From: the human T2T-CHM13v2.0 reference genome, Homo sapiens
DNA: 64,000 nt
Reading direction: 5' to 3' (one strand)
Assembly: GCF_009914755.1 (NCBI RefSeq)
Contig: NC_060936.1
In this document: piece by piece, positions 25,795 through 40,299 of the stretch
Position numbering within the stretch: the stretch's first letter is position 1
How the letters are laid out: every line of letters begins with the position of its first letter
The notes under the pieces: model-generated
What the model saw: only the letters and a program-made list of their open reading frames with translations
Database searches by the model: none
What the model was told of the DNA's origin: nothing
Made by a program: the position numbers and the translations under genes

Positions 25795-26140
25795 CTGTGA
25801 TGTGTGTCTGTGATAGAGAATGAACCAGTGTGTGTGTGTGTGTGTGTGTGTGTCAATGTGTGTGAGTTTGTGTGTGTGTGGGGGGAGGTATTTGTGTGTG
25901 TGTATGTTTGAGTGTGTGAATGAAAATGTATAGGATTTGAGTGTGTGCTTGCGTGTATGTTTGAGTGTGTGTGTGAATCGATGTGGTATGTATGTAAATG
26001 TGACATGGGGTAGATGGATGGTGTGCATATGAGTGAGTGTGAGTGCATGTGTGCAAATAAATCTGAGGCTGTGAACAGATGTGGGAATGTGCATGTGTCT
26101 GTGTGTATGTGTCACTGTGTGTGTATGTGCATTTGTGTGT
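25795..26140. repeat. (TG)n microsatellite and TG-rich low-complexity tract
   Basis: Pure TG run at ~25829-25853 embedded in ~350 bp of degenerate TG. Confidence 0.95.
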
Positions 26141-26514
26141 AAGGGTATTTAAAAAGATGTGGTGTCAGGAGATAGGAAAAAGAAGAGGATACTTTGAGAG
26201 AGAAACATATGCTGTGAGAGTGAACATTAAGTCACAGGGACCAGAGATGGAGAGAGACCTCAGCTCCTCAGGCAAGGGACATCCAGGTGGGAAGCAGAGT
26301 TGTGAGGAGACACTGAGGGTAAGGCAGCTTAGAGAGTTGTGCCTTCTGGGGCCTCAGTAAATCTGTGAAGAGAACAATTGGATGTTAGAAGCTCAGAACA
26401 GGATGTTTATTTGCGATGGATGGAAAAGCTTCTAAGGAAAAGTCTGCTTAGGGTGGCAGTGGATGGGGTTTTGGAAGGCAGATGTCTGTCCTACCAAATC
26501 AGAATAATGATGAC

Positions 26515-26725
26515 CAGGAACTCCAGAGCCAGGCATTGTGGGTTTGAATCTAGGCTCCGCTGCATCATCCTGGGTTAGTTAATTAACCTTTCCTTGCTTC
26601 AGTTTCCTTATCTGTAAAATGGGAAACAGATTTTGTCTCACAGAGCTGTTAATGATGATGAAATGAGTTAATTAATATATTTAAAGAGCTTAGAATAACG
26701 TCTGGCTATTTAAGTGTTCATTACT
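26515..26725 (+). mobile_element. MIR
   Basis: gggtttgaatc...cttcagtttccttatctgtaaaatggg...aaatgagttaat. Confidence 0.85.
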
Positions 26726-26879
26726 GTCATCCTCTCCTTCACCATCATCTGCACTTCCCCATCATTAAGCAAATTGCTGACTACAAATACAATAAGCATC
26801 TTATCTAGGTTTGTTGATTGAATGAATGAGTGAACGTGAATGAAAGAAGCAGTTTTGCACTGATAAGCCACTTCCCCTC

Positions 26880-27240
26880 CTGAAGCCTTGGTACTTACTA
26901 TTTCCTCTGCCCAGAGCACTAGCACCCATTTTTCTGACTCCTTGCACCCTATATTGTAGGGTGCACCCTATATTGTAGGTCATCTGGCCTCCAGTGAAAT
27001 TTCATTTGCTTCAGGGAAACTACCTGACCTCCCCTGCTTTCCCAGACACACGTGTCCCCAAGAATCCTTGCACCTCTCCTTCCCCTGTAAATACTTACTC
27101 AACATCTGTTTTTACTACTTGTCTGGACGTGTATGAGGGCAAGGGCTTTGTCTCTTCTGTTCCCTGCAGTAAACACAGTGCACAGAACAATGCCTGGCAC
27201 GTGGCAGATGCTCAATGCACATTTAATTATTTAGTTAGGT
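26880..27240 (+). mobile_element. L2 3' region
   Basis: atgagggcaagggctttgtctc...cagaacaatgcctggcacgtggcagatgctcaat. Confidence 0.7.
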
Positions 27241-27249
27241 AATCTTAGA

Positions 27250-27700
<451 letters not shown>

Positions 27701-27736
27701 ATATCCACTTATTTGAGGATTTGGAAAATATAATTA

Positions 27737-28345
27737 TGGAAGCAACCTAAGTGTCCATCAATGGACAAATGGATAAAGAAATGGTAATAGATAACAGACA
27801 AGTAGATGATAGATAGCTATTCCATTTCATTATTATTCAGCCTTTAAAAAGAAGAAAATCCTGCCATTTGTGACAACATGGATGAAACTTGAGGACACTC
27901 TGCTAAGTGAAATAAGCCAGACACAGAAAGACAAACATTACATGACCTCACTTACATGTGGAATGTACAAAAAAGTTGGACTTATTGAAACAGAAGGTAG
28001 AAGCATGCTTACTATGGGCCGAGGAACGGGGAAAACGGGGAGATGTTGGTCAAAGGGTACAAACTTTTGGCTATAACATGAATATGCTCTGAAGATCCAA
28101 TGTACGGCATGATGACCATAGTTAGTAATAATGTATTGTGTACTTAAAATTTGCTAAGAAAATAGATCTTAAGTGTTTTCACCACACACACAAAATTGGT
28201 GACTATGAGGTGGTGGACATGTTAATAAGCTTGGTTGTAATTATTTCACAATGCACACATATATTAAAATGCCACATTGGACACCATAAATATATACAAT
28301 TTTTATCTGTCAAGAATAAAATTTTTTCTTATAAAAAAAGAAAAT
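27737..28345 (+). mobile_element. L1MA8/9-like 3' end
   Basis: ggaagcaacctaagtgtccatca, tgctaagtgaaataagccagacacagaaagacaaa, ttggtcaaagggtacaaa, tttgctaagaaaatagatcttaagtg. Confidence 0.88.
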
Positions 28346-28569
28346 ATAATGATTTTATGCCATATAAACATGGCTGTACTGTGGAGCAGAATGCAATGTT
28401 TACCTGAGTTTTTAATATAAAGCCCAAGATACTGAAAACACAGAAACAAGCACACCCCCAAGCCCAGTTTCCTGTAATCTGGCTGACACTTGCTCCTAAA
28501 AGATTACAAACAGCTGCAGCCCTTTGAATCGCTTTGTGCCTCAGTTTCCTCATTTGCCAGATTAATATG

Positions 28570-28775
28570 ACTTCGGAGTCAAGAGACCGTGATGAAAACC
28601 TGTACTACATCACTAGCTAGTTGTGAGACCCGGGGGGAGTCACTTCACTGCTCTGAGCTTCAGTTTCTCCATCTGTAAAATGGGGGTGGTACTTACTTGA
28701 CGAAGCTGTGAGAAGTACTCACATGAGGTCATTACCCAGCATCGAGCACGTGGTAAACACTCACCAAATGTTGAC
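28570..28775 (+). mobile_element. MIR
   Basis: gtcacttcactgctctgagcttcagtttctccatctgtaaaatgggg. Confidence 0.8.
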
Positions 28776-29668
28776 TGGATATGAGTCTCATTTCCCCCAC
28801 CCATCCACAAAGATAAACCATAAAGATTTTATACACGTCAAGGAAGCTGGAGTTATATGAAAACACTTCCCCAATGTTATAGAATGTTATGATTGCCAAG
28901 GTAAACTGATTTACAGAAACCAGAGCAGAACAAAGGCCAAAGGGAAGCAAGTTGCCTCTGAAATACAAACCAGGGAAAAGAGGTGCGCACAAGCGGAAGA
29001 GCCAGGCTTTGAGACAGACACAAACAGTCTTGTTTGGGCGAAGAAAAAGGCTAATGTGAAATTATTTTTAAGCTTTAAATGAACTGGTTTCTTTCCCCCT
29101 GAATTCAATTCAGAGAGAAAAGAGCAGTCAGATATAATCAAGGACTGACAGAGAGCAAATTATTTGTTCTGGTAAACACACATCTCTCCAAACTCGCTTG
29201 AAGCATTTTCTGCTTTCTAAAGAAGCTCTTATGAATGCAGAGCCGCAAAGAATCACCTGGTAAGTGTCTGTTCCGAAAGGCAACAGTGGCACTTCCAAGA
29301 AAAGGCAGCCCATCCCTGGGTGCATCGGAGCCCAAGGCCCCTGGCTGGGCGTCATGGAGAGTGGGCTCCGAGGGGCTTTGTAGCTGCTGCCACTTAATGT
29401 GCTAACGGAGATGGCACCACATGAGACACCAGCCACAGATGGGGCCCCTCCAGCAAAGAAAGGCATGGCGAGGTGGCAGGGGTGAGCTGAGGCTTCTCTC
29501 CAGAGGCAGAGGAGGGACACTCATTGCTGGAGTTTCTGTCTGTCTTTTTCGTCTTTTGATGCATAAATGTTCAGCTGAGGTCATGAGGTTGGGAAAGCGT
29601 GGGGATGCAGATGAGTGCTGTCCAATAGAAATATAACACCAGACACATTTGTAATTTAAAATTTTCTA

Positions 29669-30004
<336 letters not shown>

Positions 30005-30065
30005 TAAAATGTTTTAATACCCACATTGAAAGAGTAAAAAACAAACAAACAAAAAGTGACATTAG

Positions 30066-30398
<333 letters not shown>

Positions 30399-30756
30399 TT
30401 ACTTAACCCAATATACCCTAAACACTAGCATTTTTCCATGTAATCAATGTAAAATTATTAATGAGATATTTTACATCCTTTTTCTTCATACTAAGTCCTC
30501 GACATCCAGTAGGTACTTCACACTTACAGCACATGTCATGCTGATAGTTAATAGCCAAGATGGCGAGCAGCTACCATACTGGAAAGCACAGCTCTCCATG
30601 GTGCCATTCAGTGATCATTCCAAGGACTTACATTTTATTTTCCTTTGAATAATAATAAAGTCTAAGTTTCAGAGGAGAGGTACTTTTCAGGAAGCTGGGA
30701 AGGAGTACTTCATTACATCTTTGGAGCTATTTGATGTTCCACACTGGGGAAGGAAG

Positions 30757-30897
30757 TCTCTTTCTGTCTCTCTCTCTATGCCTCCCTCTCTCTTGTTCTG
30801 TTTCTCTCACCCTGTTTTCTGTTTCTCTCTGCCTCTTTTCTCACTCTGTCTCTCTCTTTCTGCTTCTCTGTCTTCATCTCCCTACCTCTGCTTCTCT
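30757..30897. repeat. CT-rich polypyrimidine tract
   Basis: Directly visible. Confidence 0.85.
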
Positions 30898-31081
30898 TAA
30901 AATTAATTACTTTCTTATTACGAAAGCAACAGAAATTATTGTAGAAAATTTCCCACATATAAATAAGAAAATTGAAGAGATCTCAATCCACCCTCCTCAA
31001 GATAACCACTTGGTCATGATTAGCACCTTACAATACCTCCTTTTAGACATTTTGTGTTTGTCTCCAATGCACATTAATGAC

Positions 31082-31310
31082 TCTGGAAGTAGCTTGCCTG
31101 GATATGAGTCTCAGCGCCTCCAGCCCATGACCCAGAACTTGAGTAACTTATTTCCTCTTGGCAACTTGGTATTCTCTGCCTTAAAATAAGGACAATAATG
31201 GTCCCTTCTACACCAGTGAGGTTGTCATGATGTCTATATGAGCGGATACTGGTAAAGCAATTAGCCCACAGGCAGGTACTTGGTAATAGCTTAATAATCA
31301 TTAGCTAGTC
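31082..31310 (+). mobile_element. MIR
   Basis: cttgagtaacttattt...taaaataaggacaataatgg...gttgtcatga. Confidence 0.65.
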
Positions 31311-31548
31311 CGCACACATGAAGAGAGATGCTACTGCTGCTGTACCTAGTATTTCCTAACTTGCTTTTCCCTTTAACAATATATTGAAATAAACTACGTT
31401 TCCATTGTCCATAAATCCTTATCTATAGTGTCATTTTTGGTGGCTGGAAGCAGCAGCCTGTTCTTCCCACTCCCTAAACCCCATGCCTGTATGGGTATTT
31501 AGCAGGACAAACCAGAAGAGCAATAATTCCACGAAATCAAGACCCATG

Positions 31549-31550
<2 letters not shown>

Positions 31551-31579
<29 letters not shown>

Positions 31580-31731
31580 GAGACAGGGACTTACTCTGTC
31601 CTCCAGGCTGGAGTGCAGTGGTGTGATCACAGGTCAGCCTTGAACTCTCGGGCTCAAGCAAACCTCCTCCCTCAGACTCCCAAGTAGCTGGGACCACAGG
31701 TGTATGCAACTACAGCTGGCTAATTTTTTTT
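31551..31731 (-). mobile_element. Alu right monomer (FRAM or 5'-truncated AluJ)
   Basis: Long T run then single monomer ending ggctaattttttt; imperfect TSD agacccatgtct/agatccaatgtct. Confidence 0.88.
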
Positions 31732-31816
31732 CAGATCCAATGTCTATCTCATTCATTCCTGGTCTCTGTTCATAGCAGAGTCAGAAGCAGCTCATACTCT
31801 CAATAAATGTAGTTTA

Positions 31817-31879
31817 GATGGATGGGTGGGTCGGTGGATGGATGGATGGATGGATGGATGGATGGATGGATGGATGGAT
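31817..31879. repeat. (GGAT)n tetranucleotide repeat on an L2-like tail
   Basis: Directly visible; preceded by ctcaataaatg. Confidence 0.95.
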
Positions 31880-32039
31880 TAGAGGACACAAGGGTCAAGC
31901 CCCAAGTGTCCTCTGATGGGAAGGCTGGATCTCAGATTTGGGTCCCAGTCATTAGGATACAAGCCAGGGCAGGGACCATGAGGTCCAGAGTTTTGAAGGC
32001 CACAGCTGAGGAGTTTTTCTTCAGTATATTAGAATAAGC

Positions 32040-32890
32040 TGTCTGGTGGAGATAGTGACTCTAAACTCTGGACAAACTAACAAATAAAAACCTACCAGAG
32101 GCATTGGAGAATGAGCAACGGCAGGGAGATTTTGGAATGAAGGTGAGACTTGGAAGAAGGGAATGATATAGGATGAGTTCCATATTGTTGCAGCTTTCAC
32201 CTTAATATAGGCCTATAAAAAATATCCTCACATAAAATGGCTGGATCTCCACTAGAAAACTCACCTTCTTTCTGACCTATGAAACCAGAAGGTAGAGCCC
32301 AAGGGGGGCCCAACCACCAGAAAATGAGGGAAGAATCTTAGGAAAGAAAAGCAAGAGAAATGGAGTCCCAAATTCTATGTATAATTTCTTCCCAAGACAC
32401 CAGCTGATTCCTGAACCACACCTGCATGGAACAGACTTAAAGCAGTTTCCTGCTAAGGCTGGAGGTAAATGAGCTGCCATAGTCCTCAACTGAGACACAC
32501 TGCAGACTGTGTCTAATCAAGTCAACTGCCTGCCAAAACAAAAACTTCATCATTCTTTGGAAGAATACAGCAAAATTCAGAGTCTCCAAACACATCAGTC
32601 ACAATGTTGAGGACATACTCCAAAGTTACTTAATATATAAAAAACTTGGAAAATGTAATCCATTATCAAGAGAAAAGACAAGCAGAAGAAGCCCACTTCA
32701 AGGTATCTCACGTGTTGTAAATATCACATGAGGATCCTAAAGTGATTATTATAACTTTCTCAATGAGCTAAAGGAAAGTATGCTCATAATGAATAAATAG
32801 ATTAAATCTCTCAGCAGATAAATATAAAATATATCAAAGAAACATAAGGAAATTTTAGAAGAAAAAATGCAATATTTGAAATAAATGTTA
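32040..32890 (+). mobile_element. Ancient L1M 5' region/ORF1 start relic
   Basis: aaaattcagagtctc, ggaaaatgtaatccatt.tcaagagaaaagacaa, aatctctcagcaga, ggaaattttagaa...aatatttgaaataaa. Confidence 0.6.
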
Positions 32891-33282
32891 CAGCTGAGGG
32901 CAGAGAGACAAAATGAAGGTCATGGTAAGGTTGATGACCAGCAGTTCCACTGAGAAGGAAGCACAAGGGAAGGGGCATTAAAGTGCAGCCCTGAGGAGTT
33001 AACACCTACAATATGTACCAGAAGGACTTGTTTAAGAATGAGCAAAATATCTGTATACAGGCTCAGGTCAGAGTTTCTCCTACAGACTGAAACAAAGAGG
33101 GGCTGGGACCAAAAGACAATGTTTTAAGAAATAATAACATTGAGAGTCATTCACTGGGCACTGAATTACATTATCTTATTTAATTTTTATAACAAACCTA
33201 GGAGGTTACTTACAATTATATCCTATTTTTATCTGGCAAGCCTGAGACCAAATGTTAATCAACTCATCCAAAACAACACATT

Positions 33283-33880
33283 TGTATTAAGTTTTCTATT
33301 TCTCAGTGATAAATTATCACACACTTAGTAGCTTAAAACAACATACATCTACTATCTCACAGTTTCTGCAGGTCAGGTATCTAGGCATGACCTAGCTAGG
33401 TCCTCTGCTTTGGGTTTCTGGAGGTTATAACCAAGATTTCAACCAGGTTGTGTTCTCATCTGCAGGCTTGACTTCGGAAGAATCTACTCCCACACTCACT
33501 CAGATTACTTCCAAAATTCATTTTCTTAATGCTATAGAACTGAGAGTTCCAGCTATGGAAACTGGCTGTTAGCTGGAGGCTTCCCTAAGCTTTCAGAGGC
33601 CACTTGCAGTTCCTAGAAGCTGCTCAAAGTTCCTTGACATTGGGATCTTCCCACCATGTCTGCTTACTTCATTGAGCCAGAAAGAAAAATCTCTAGTGCA
33701 AGTCTGCTGACGAGAAGTATCTTATACAATGCAATGTCATCAGGGGAGAGATATGCCATCACCTTTGTCATATTCTATTGGCTAGAAGAAAGTTACAGGT
33801 CCCACTTACACCCAAGAGGAAAAGGTTATACAAAGATGTGAACACCAAGAGTCAGGATTACCTTAAAGAGGCTGTCCACA
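33283..33880 (-). mobile_element. MaLR LTR (MLT1E/F-like)
   Basis: tgtatt...acttagtagcttaaaacaaca...tctcacagtttctg.aggtcagg...ccatcacctttgtcatattctattggctagaag.aagttacaggtcc. Confidence 0.8.
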
Positions 33881-34699
33881 GCTGGAGGAGAGCAATGTGA
33901 GACAAGCATGAAAAGCTAACCCGAGACAGATGAAATGATCAGTAGATAACTATAACATTACTCTAAAGATGACTTATCCTTAGGATAAAATATTGCTGGA
34001 AAAATATAAGGAATGGTTGATATACAACACTTTATAAGCTAATGTTTCATGCTTAATTTGAAAAAAATAAATGAGACAAAGGAACTAAAAACAAATTTAA
34101 CATCTAATTCTATGGATTGAGTATTTAAAAATATTTTTTTTTTCATTTTCATAAACAAAGAAAGATCAGCCTGAATGACAACAGCAACAGGTTGCACGGA
34201 AACTTTTGAGAGAAAAATCATAAGCCATTGATTTGGTCCTCTTTTACAACTTTTCATGACATTATCACTTCTAAGACCACCTCATGAATCCTTTAAAGGA
34301 ATTTTTCATAATGAGCATGTCCTTGAAACCTCTGTAACAACTGGGTATTTGGACCTCAAATACTATTCACTCATTATCTTGCAGGCCAATTGAATAAGCC
34401 ACTCTGATCGCTCATGAATGGGCAGTGAATCCTATCATTCATTCTCCGCCTACATGTTGGTACTATCAATCTCTTTATCCTTCTCTGTCTTTCTTTGTGC
34501 CCCTCAAACTTAAATTGTGCAACTAAGTCACTAAGAGAACATATTTTTAAAAAATACAAATCCCAAGCCCACCTTTTAATAACTTCTATTGTAGTTTCCC
34601 TGGTGTGCTGCCCAGAAATCTTCATTTCACCAAGCACTCCCTTCCCAGATGATAGTGATGCAACTGGAGAGCTGATGCTGTCTCTGAAACATTGGTCTA

Positions 34700-34906
34700 A
34701 GACAGCACCATCCAACAGAAACTTCTGCCATGACAGAAAAGTTCTATATCTGTGCTGTTCAACACAGTAGCCACACTCCCATTTGTGGCTAGACTACTTG
34801 AAATGGGGCTAGTGGAGCTGAGAAACTGAATTTTTAATTAGCTGTAATTCTACTTAATCTAAATTTAAACAGCCACATAGGGCTAATGGTATTTGGACAG
34901 CATAGC
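34700..34906. mobile_element. MER3
   Basis: tccaacagaaacttctgccatgacagaaaagttctatatctgtgctg...agccacatagggcta...ttggacagca. Confidence 0.8.
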
Positions 34907-35384
34907 ACTTTCATTTATAAGATTCAGGCCAGGAACTCCTAGTTCAAGGAAGTGCTGACTTTGTTTCTAGATCTTTGTGTGCTTGATTCTTCATTCTCCC
35001 CTATAATTAAGTCAGTCTGGAGGTGTATATTTGGAGGGAGATAGGTAGATATAGATAGATACACTTTTTTCCTAAAAGTGGAGCTTACCAGTAATTATCA
35101 TTTAGTGCCATGCTCATCAAAGAATCTCTTGCTCAATATTTAACCATCCTCACAAAACTAGCCAGATCCAGCTCTTGGTTTATAAAAATAGTTGGCAAAG
35201 GCGAGACACAGATGCCAATAAATAAATAAATAAATAAATAAAACCTTTCCCCTCCTTGCTCCTTGTGCTTCCAGTAATTTGTGTGCAAGAATCTCTCACA
35301 GACCCCAGCTGCCCCCGAGCTCACTGAGGTCATTGGAAATGAGTTTAGAGAAGACGACGACAATGGTCAGAAGGGTGAGAAGAA

Positions 35385-35510
35385 TTGTTTACTGTGTGAC
35401 CTGGAGTGAGACCCTCTCAACTAGCGGCCTCAGTCTCCCCATCTGTAAAATGGAGGTGCCTGAACTAAATGAGCTGAAGGACTCTTTCAGTTTTAAAATT
35501 CTTATTTAAA
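35385..35510 (+). mobile_element. MIR (MIR3/MIRc-like)
   Basis: ctgtgtgacctgg...gcctcagtctccccatctgtaaaatgg...aaggactctttcagttttaaaattct. Confidence 0.75.
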
Positions 35511-35824
35511 ATAACACAATTTTAGATCAGAAAGCTGAGCTTTCTAAAAAATAAATAAAAATAATAACATAATTTATCTGTACTGAGCTGACCATGATAT
35601 TTTATATACTTGTTAAGTGAATAAAACAAGTTCCCCATTTTTGGAAAAAATATACATATATATACACTATATATATGTGCATATACATACACACGGCAGA
35701 TACTAATATGGAAAGATACACACACAAAGAAAAGATTTGAAAGTGTACACACCAAAGCTTGACAAAGGTAACAACCTCTGGGTAGTACCAATCCACGTCT
35801 ATTAGTCTTGACAACCTAGGACTC

Positions 35825-36270
35825 CATCGTTAGGTAATCAAACCTAGTCCCCCTTCTTCTATCAGTCCATGTGATTTGGATGGAATTGACTCTATCTCCA
35901 GCTCCAGTGATGGACATGTGACCTAAGCCTGGCCAAAAGAGAACAGCATCTCTCAAGCGGTCCAGGTTGGGCACCTGACACAAGCCAGAGCCTTGCCCAG
36001 ACCTGTGAGCCAAGAGCTCTTTTTCCTCTGGGAATAGGTAAGTCTGAAGGCTCCCAGGGCCGCCTAGCAAGAGGCTGCCTAAGAACTACCCTATGCAGAA
36101 GAAGCAGAGCTGAAAGATGAAGAGAAGCAGAGGCTTATGGTCTGTTTTGAAGCTGTGGACCCAGTTGTATGTGAGGGTAGGTATACCCTAGACTTTTCAG
36201 CTTAGTAAATCAATAGATTCCTTTTTCATAGTGAAGCCCCATGGAGTTGTAGTCACTTGCAACCTTCATT
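35825..36270 (+). mobile_element. MaLR LTR (MLT1J/K-like)
   Basis: tcagtccatgtgatttgg...ggacatgtgacctaagcctggccaa...tagacttttcag...caatagattcc...gtcacttgcaacc. Confidence 0.65.
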
Positions 36271-36346
36271 AGTACAGAGGTTGGAATTGGCTGGGTATGA
36301 TAAGAGAACCTCTACCATTTATTTCAGGGGCTTCTATTTTTGTCGA

Positions 36347-36607
36347 TTTTTTTTTTTTTTTTAGACGGAGTCTCGCTTTGTTGCCAGGATGGAGTGCAGT
36401 GGCATGATCTTGGCTCACTGCAACCTCCGCCTCCCGGTTCAAGCGATTCTCCTGCCTCAGCCTCCAGAGTACCTGGGACTACAGGCACGCACCACCATGC
36501 CCAGCTAATTTCTGTATTTTTAGTAGAGACAGAGTTTCACCATGTTGGCCAGGATGGTTTCAATCCCTTGACCTCATGATCCGCCTGCCTTGGCCTCCCA
36601 AAGTGCT
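36347..36607 (-). mobile_element. AluSc, 5'-truncated
   Basis: Sc diagnostics (gttgccagg, ggccaggatgg...cttgacctc); stops at cccaaagtgct; TSD TTTTTGTCGA (36337-46, 36607-16). Confidence 0.92.
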
Positions 36608-36714
36608 TTTTGTCGAATTTTTTTTTAACAATAAACATGAATTTATAATTTTAAAATGCATTGATGTCCTTAATCTTGATAATAACTTGAATGTTTCAAG
36701 CTGCTGCTGTGGAC

Positions 36715-36910
36715 CAAACACGAAACTAAGCAATTTCCACACATTAAATCATTTAATACTCACTCTCATCCTCTAAGATAGGTAGTTATTAATACTATGC
36801 TCATTTTATAGATAGGGAGACCAAGGCTGAAAAAGGCTAAGCAATTATTTAAGGGCACACGGGTGAAAAACAGGGGAGACTGGACTGGAACCCAAGTATG
36901 TCAGTCTTGA
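36715..36910 (-). mobile_element. MIR
   Basis: catttaatactcac...ggtag.tatt...cattttatagatagggagaccaaggct. Confidence 0.65.
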
Positions 36911-37914
36911 AAGACACGTTTTTATTGCTTCTTTATTTCTGTTTGGTGTTTAGAAGAACTGGAGCTCTTATAAAGATCTGTTTTGCCCACTGGAATACAA
37001 GCTCCCATAAGGGCAAGGGCGTGACTGCCTTGTTCATTACTAAACACCCAGCACCCACCACAGTGTTCAGCACAGAGGAGCTCCACAAACAATTGCTGAA
37101 TGAGCAAATGAATTAATGAATGAGATGTGATATCTGAGACTTGACGAGGCCAAGGCATATGGAAAGCTCATGGAAACACCCGTTTCAGGCCAACATCTAA
37201 AGCATTCCTTCCACCTTCATCAGGGATGTATCTCAACAGCTCAGACATGCTTTCCAGTTGAAAACATTCATTTAATTAGCAGGCATTTTCCAAAACGGAT
37301 GTGCCTTTCTCAATCACTGTGTCTGCCATGGACATTTGCTGAAAAGGTCCCCCCATCCCCCAAACATCAAAGCATGTGCTCCACAGACCTTTCTCCCCCA
37401 ATTACTTCCATTGGGGAAGGACAGCCATGCGGACGAGAAATCGGTCACAACACGCAAGATGTTCTCTCTTTGTAAAAAAGATGCTTGTGGTGTACGCTAC
37501 TCTTTGGAAGAGAAAAAAAAAATCTGTGTCTTTAAAAATGTTTCTTTTGCTGCTGCTCACTGGGAACTGCCAAGAATCATTTTTCATTGAGATCTGGCTT
37601 CCCCTCCCAGAAACAGAACCAAGAATAACCTATAAGATACTGTTTCATTGGGTTTGTTTTATTTCTTCCTGATTTTTGCAGCTACTGGGATGGGCATTCT
37701 GGCCCTTGTGCTTTGCTTTGGTTTAATCATTACAAGTCAGCTATGAATAAGAGACTATGCAACCTTTTTTCTCTTGAGTCTCTGCATCCCAGAGCCTGGG
37801 ACAGCATTAGCTATGGATGGAGGTGGCACTGGTATTTTGGAAAGATGATATTCCTTATGAAAACACAATTCTCCAAATCTACTGAGCCATAGCTGGAGTT
37901 GGTTGAGTCAAACC

Positions 37915-38345
37915 CTCACCCTAAACCCTTCCATAGCTCTCCATTGCCATCTAGATAATGAACAGTTGGACTTAGCACGGCATCTTGGCTTCCCCACCTT
38001 ACCACCAATGCCTGCGCATGTGTTCCTCTCTCTACCTGAAAGATCCTTTTTTCCCCCCATTCCTTTCACCTGGTTAAATCTACTCAGTGTCAGGTCTCAG
38101 CTTAAATGTCACATCCTCCAAGAAGCCTCCTTTGCTCCCTCTCTCCACCTTCCTCTAGAAGAATTGAATTCAGTACCTTTTTGGTGCAATTACAGCCTAC
38201 CCCTGTCCCTCAGCACTGATGGCACTATTATAAATGCCCACTCACTGCTTCATCACCCCTACCAGATCTGAATCCTTTACATGCCGAGTCTTAGAGTCTG
38301 GCACATAATAAGCCCTCAGTGAGTAGTTGTTGCATGAACAGGGTG
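37915..38345 (+). mobile_element. L2 3' region
   Basis: ccatagctctccattgcc, caggtctcagcttaaatgtcacatcctc.aagaagcct, tctggcacataataagccctcagt. Confidence 0.7.
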
Positions 38346-38942
38346 AATATATAAATGGGAGCAGGGTAGAGGAGGAAGTGTCCAGGTAGGAAGAAGTTGA
38401 ATTTTCCTCCTTAGAATGGTTGGGTTGCAGGGTACTGAACATTATAATGAAGGCAGTCATAGTCCAATCCTTACTCCCAACCCCAGGGTGCACAGAAGAA
38501 TCAATCTCTCCAAGTATTGTTCCAACAAGGAAATCAACTTGTTCCTACAAAGTAATTCCAGCCAAACAGGTCTGCTCGTAGTTCTCCAAGCAAGCTAACT
38601 TTGCCTCAGAGCTTTAACCAACCAATGTGGCTTCCAAGACAAGAGACTTGGAAGGAACCTTCAAAGTCACAGAGAAGGTTGGGGTGAGGACAGAAGGCAA
38701 AAGAAAAACAAATAAGAAGGCAGAAATTCTTGGACAGGAGGGCCCTCTGACCCTGGCTTAGGCCTCCAATTGTAATCCTGTGTGGCAGTTTCCAAAGAAC
38801 TAGGACTGAGATGGTGGGGGAAAGTGAAAGAGAGCCAGAAAAATTGGAAGAGTCTTTTCCCTCCAAATTTTGAGCCTGAGAAAACTCCATTTTACCCTTG
38901 GCTTATTGTATCCCATATGGCACTTCATCAGGTAAGCAGGAC

Positions 38943-39636
<694 letters not shown>

Positions 39637-39834
39637 TCAGCCTCCACCCAAATGGCATCTCCTTAGGACAGTAAGTTTTCACTTCCCATTTCTCAATACC
39701 TCAAATATCTCTCTCCCCTGGGACATTGCTCCAGGAAAGGTCAAGGGGACTTTTGGTTCAATGGATTTTCTTCATTAACAGAGAGCCCTTTCTTGCCTCA
39801 GAATGTATACTTGAAAACCATGCTTAAATGTCCT

Positions 39835-40030
39835 AGTTTGAGGCTCACTCTGCCAGGTGTTTAAACTCTAGCTTTATCTTTCAGGCTATGTGATCTTGGG
39901 CAAATGACCTAACCTCTCTGAGACTGTTTCCTCACCTATAAAGTGGGAGAACAGACCTCTCTCATGAATTTTGATGAAGATGAAATGAGATGACAAATGT
40001 AGAACACCAAGCACAGTTTCTGGTTCCAAC
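39835..40030 (+). mobile_element. MIR
   Basis: gctatgtgatcttgggcaaatgacctaacctctctgag.ctgtttcctcacctataaa. Confidence 0.85.
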
Positions 40031-40299
40031 AAAGGACCTATGATCCACAATTATTATTTCTGTACTGGGATGAATTCATTTCTTGAGTAAGGGCTTGGAT
40101 TCTACCGCCAGCTTTTCTAACTAAGATTTTGTAATTCTAAAATAGTATGTTGAATAAACAAAAATAGATTTTTCTGTCTTATATAAAATTAGAGCTGCAG
40201 AAAATGCAAAAGAGATAAAGAACTGGTTCACTTAGACTCCAGGATGTATCATAAAAAGTTTTGTTATTTCTGTTGTTAATACATTCCTGATAGCCACTT

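Noticed and set aside
25717-26115. His/Thr-rich ORFs (132, 96, 67 aa)
   Set aside because: Translations of the antisense (TG)n tract; open in all frames because the repeat lacks stops
30731-31189. Longest ORF (152 aa)
   Set aside because: Runs through a CT tract, an L1-like relic and a MIR; non-ATG start, no domain
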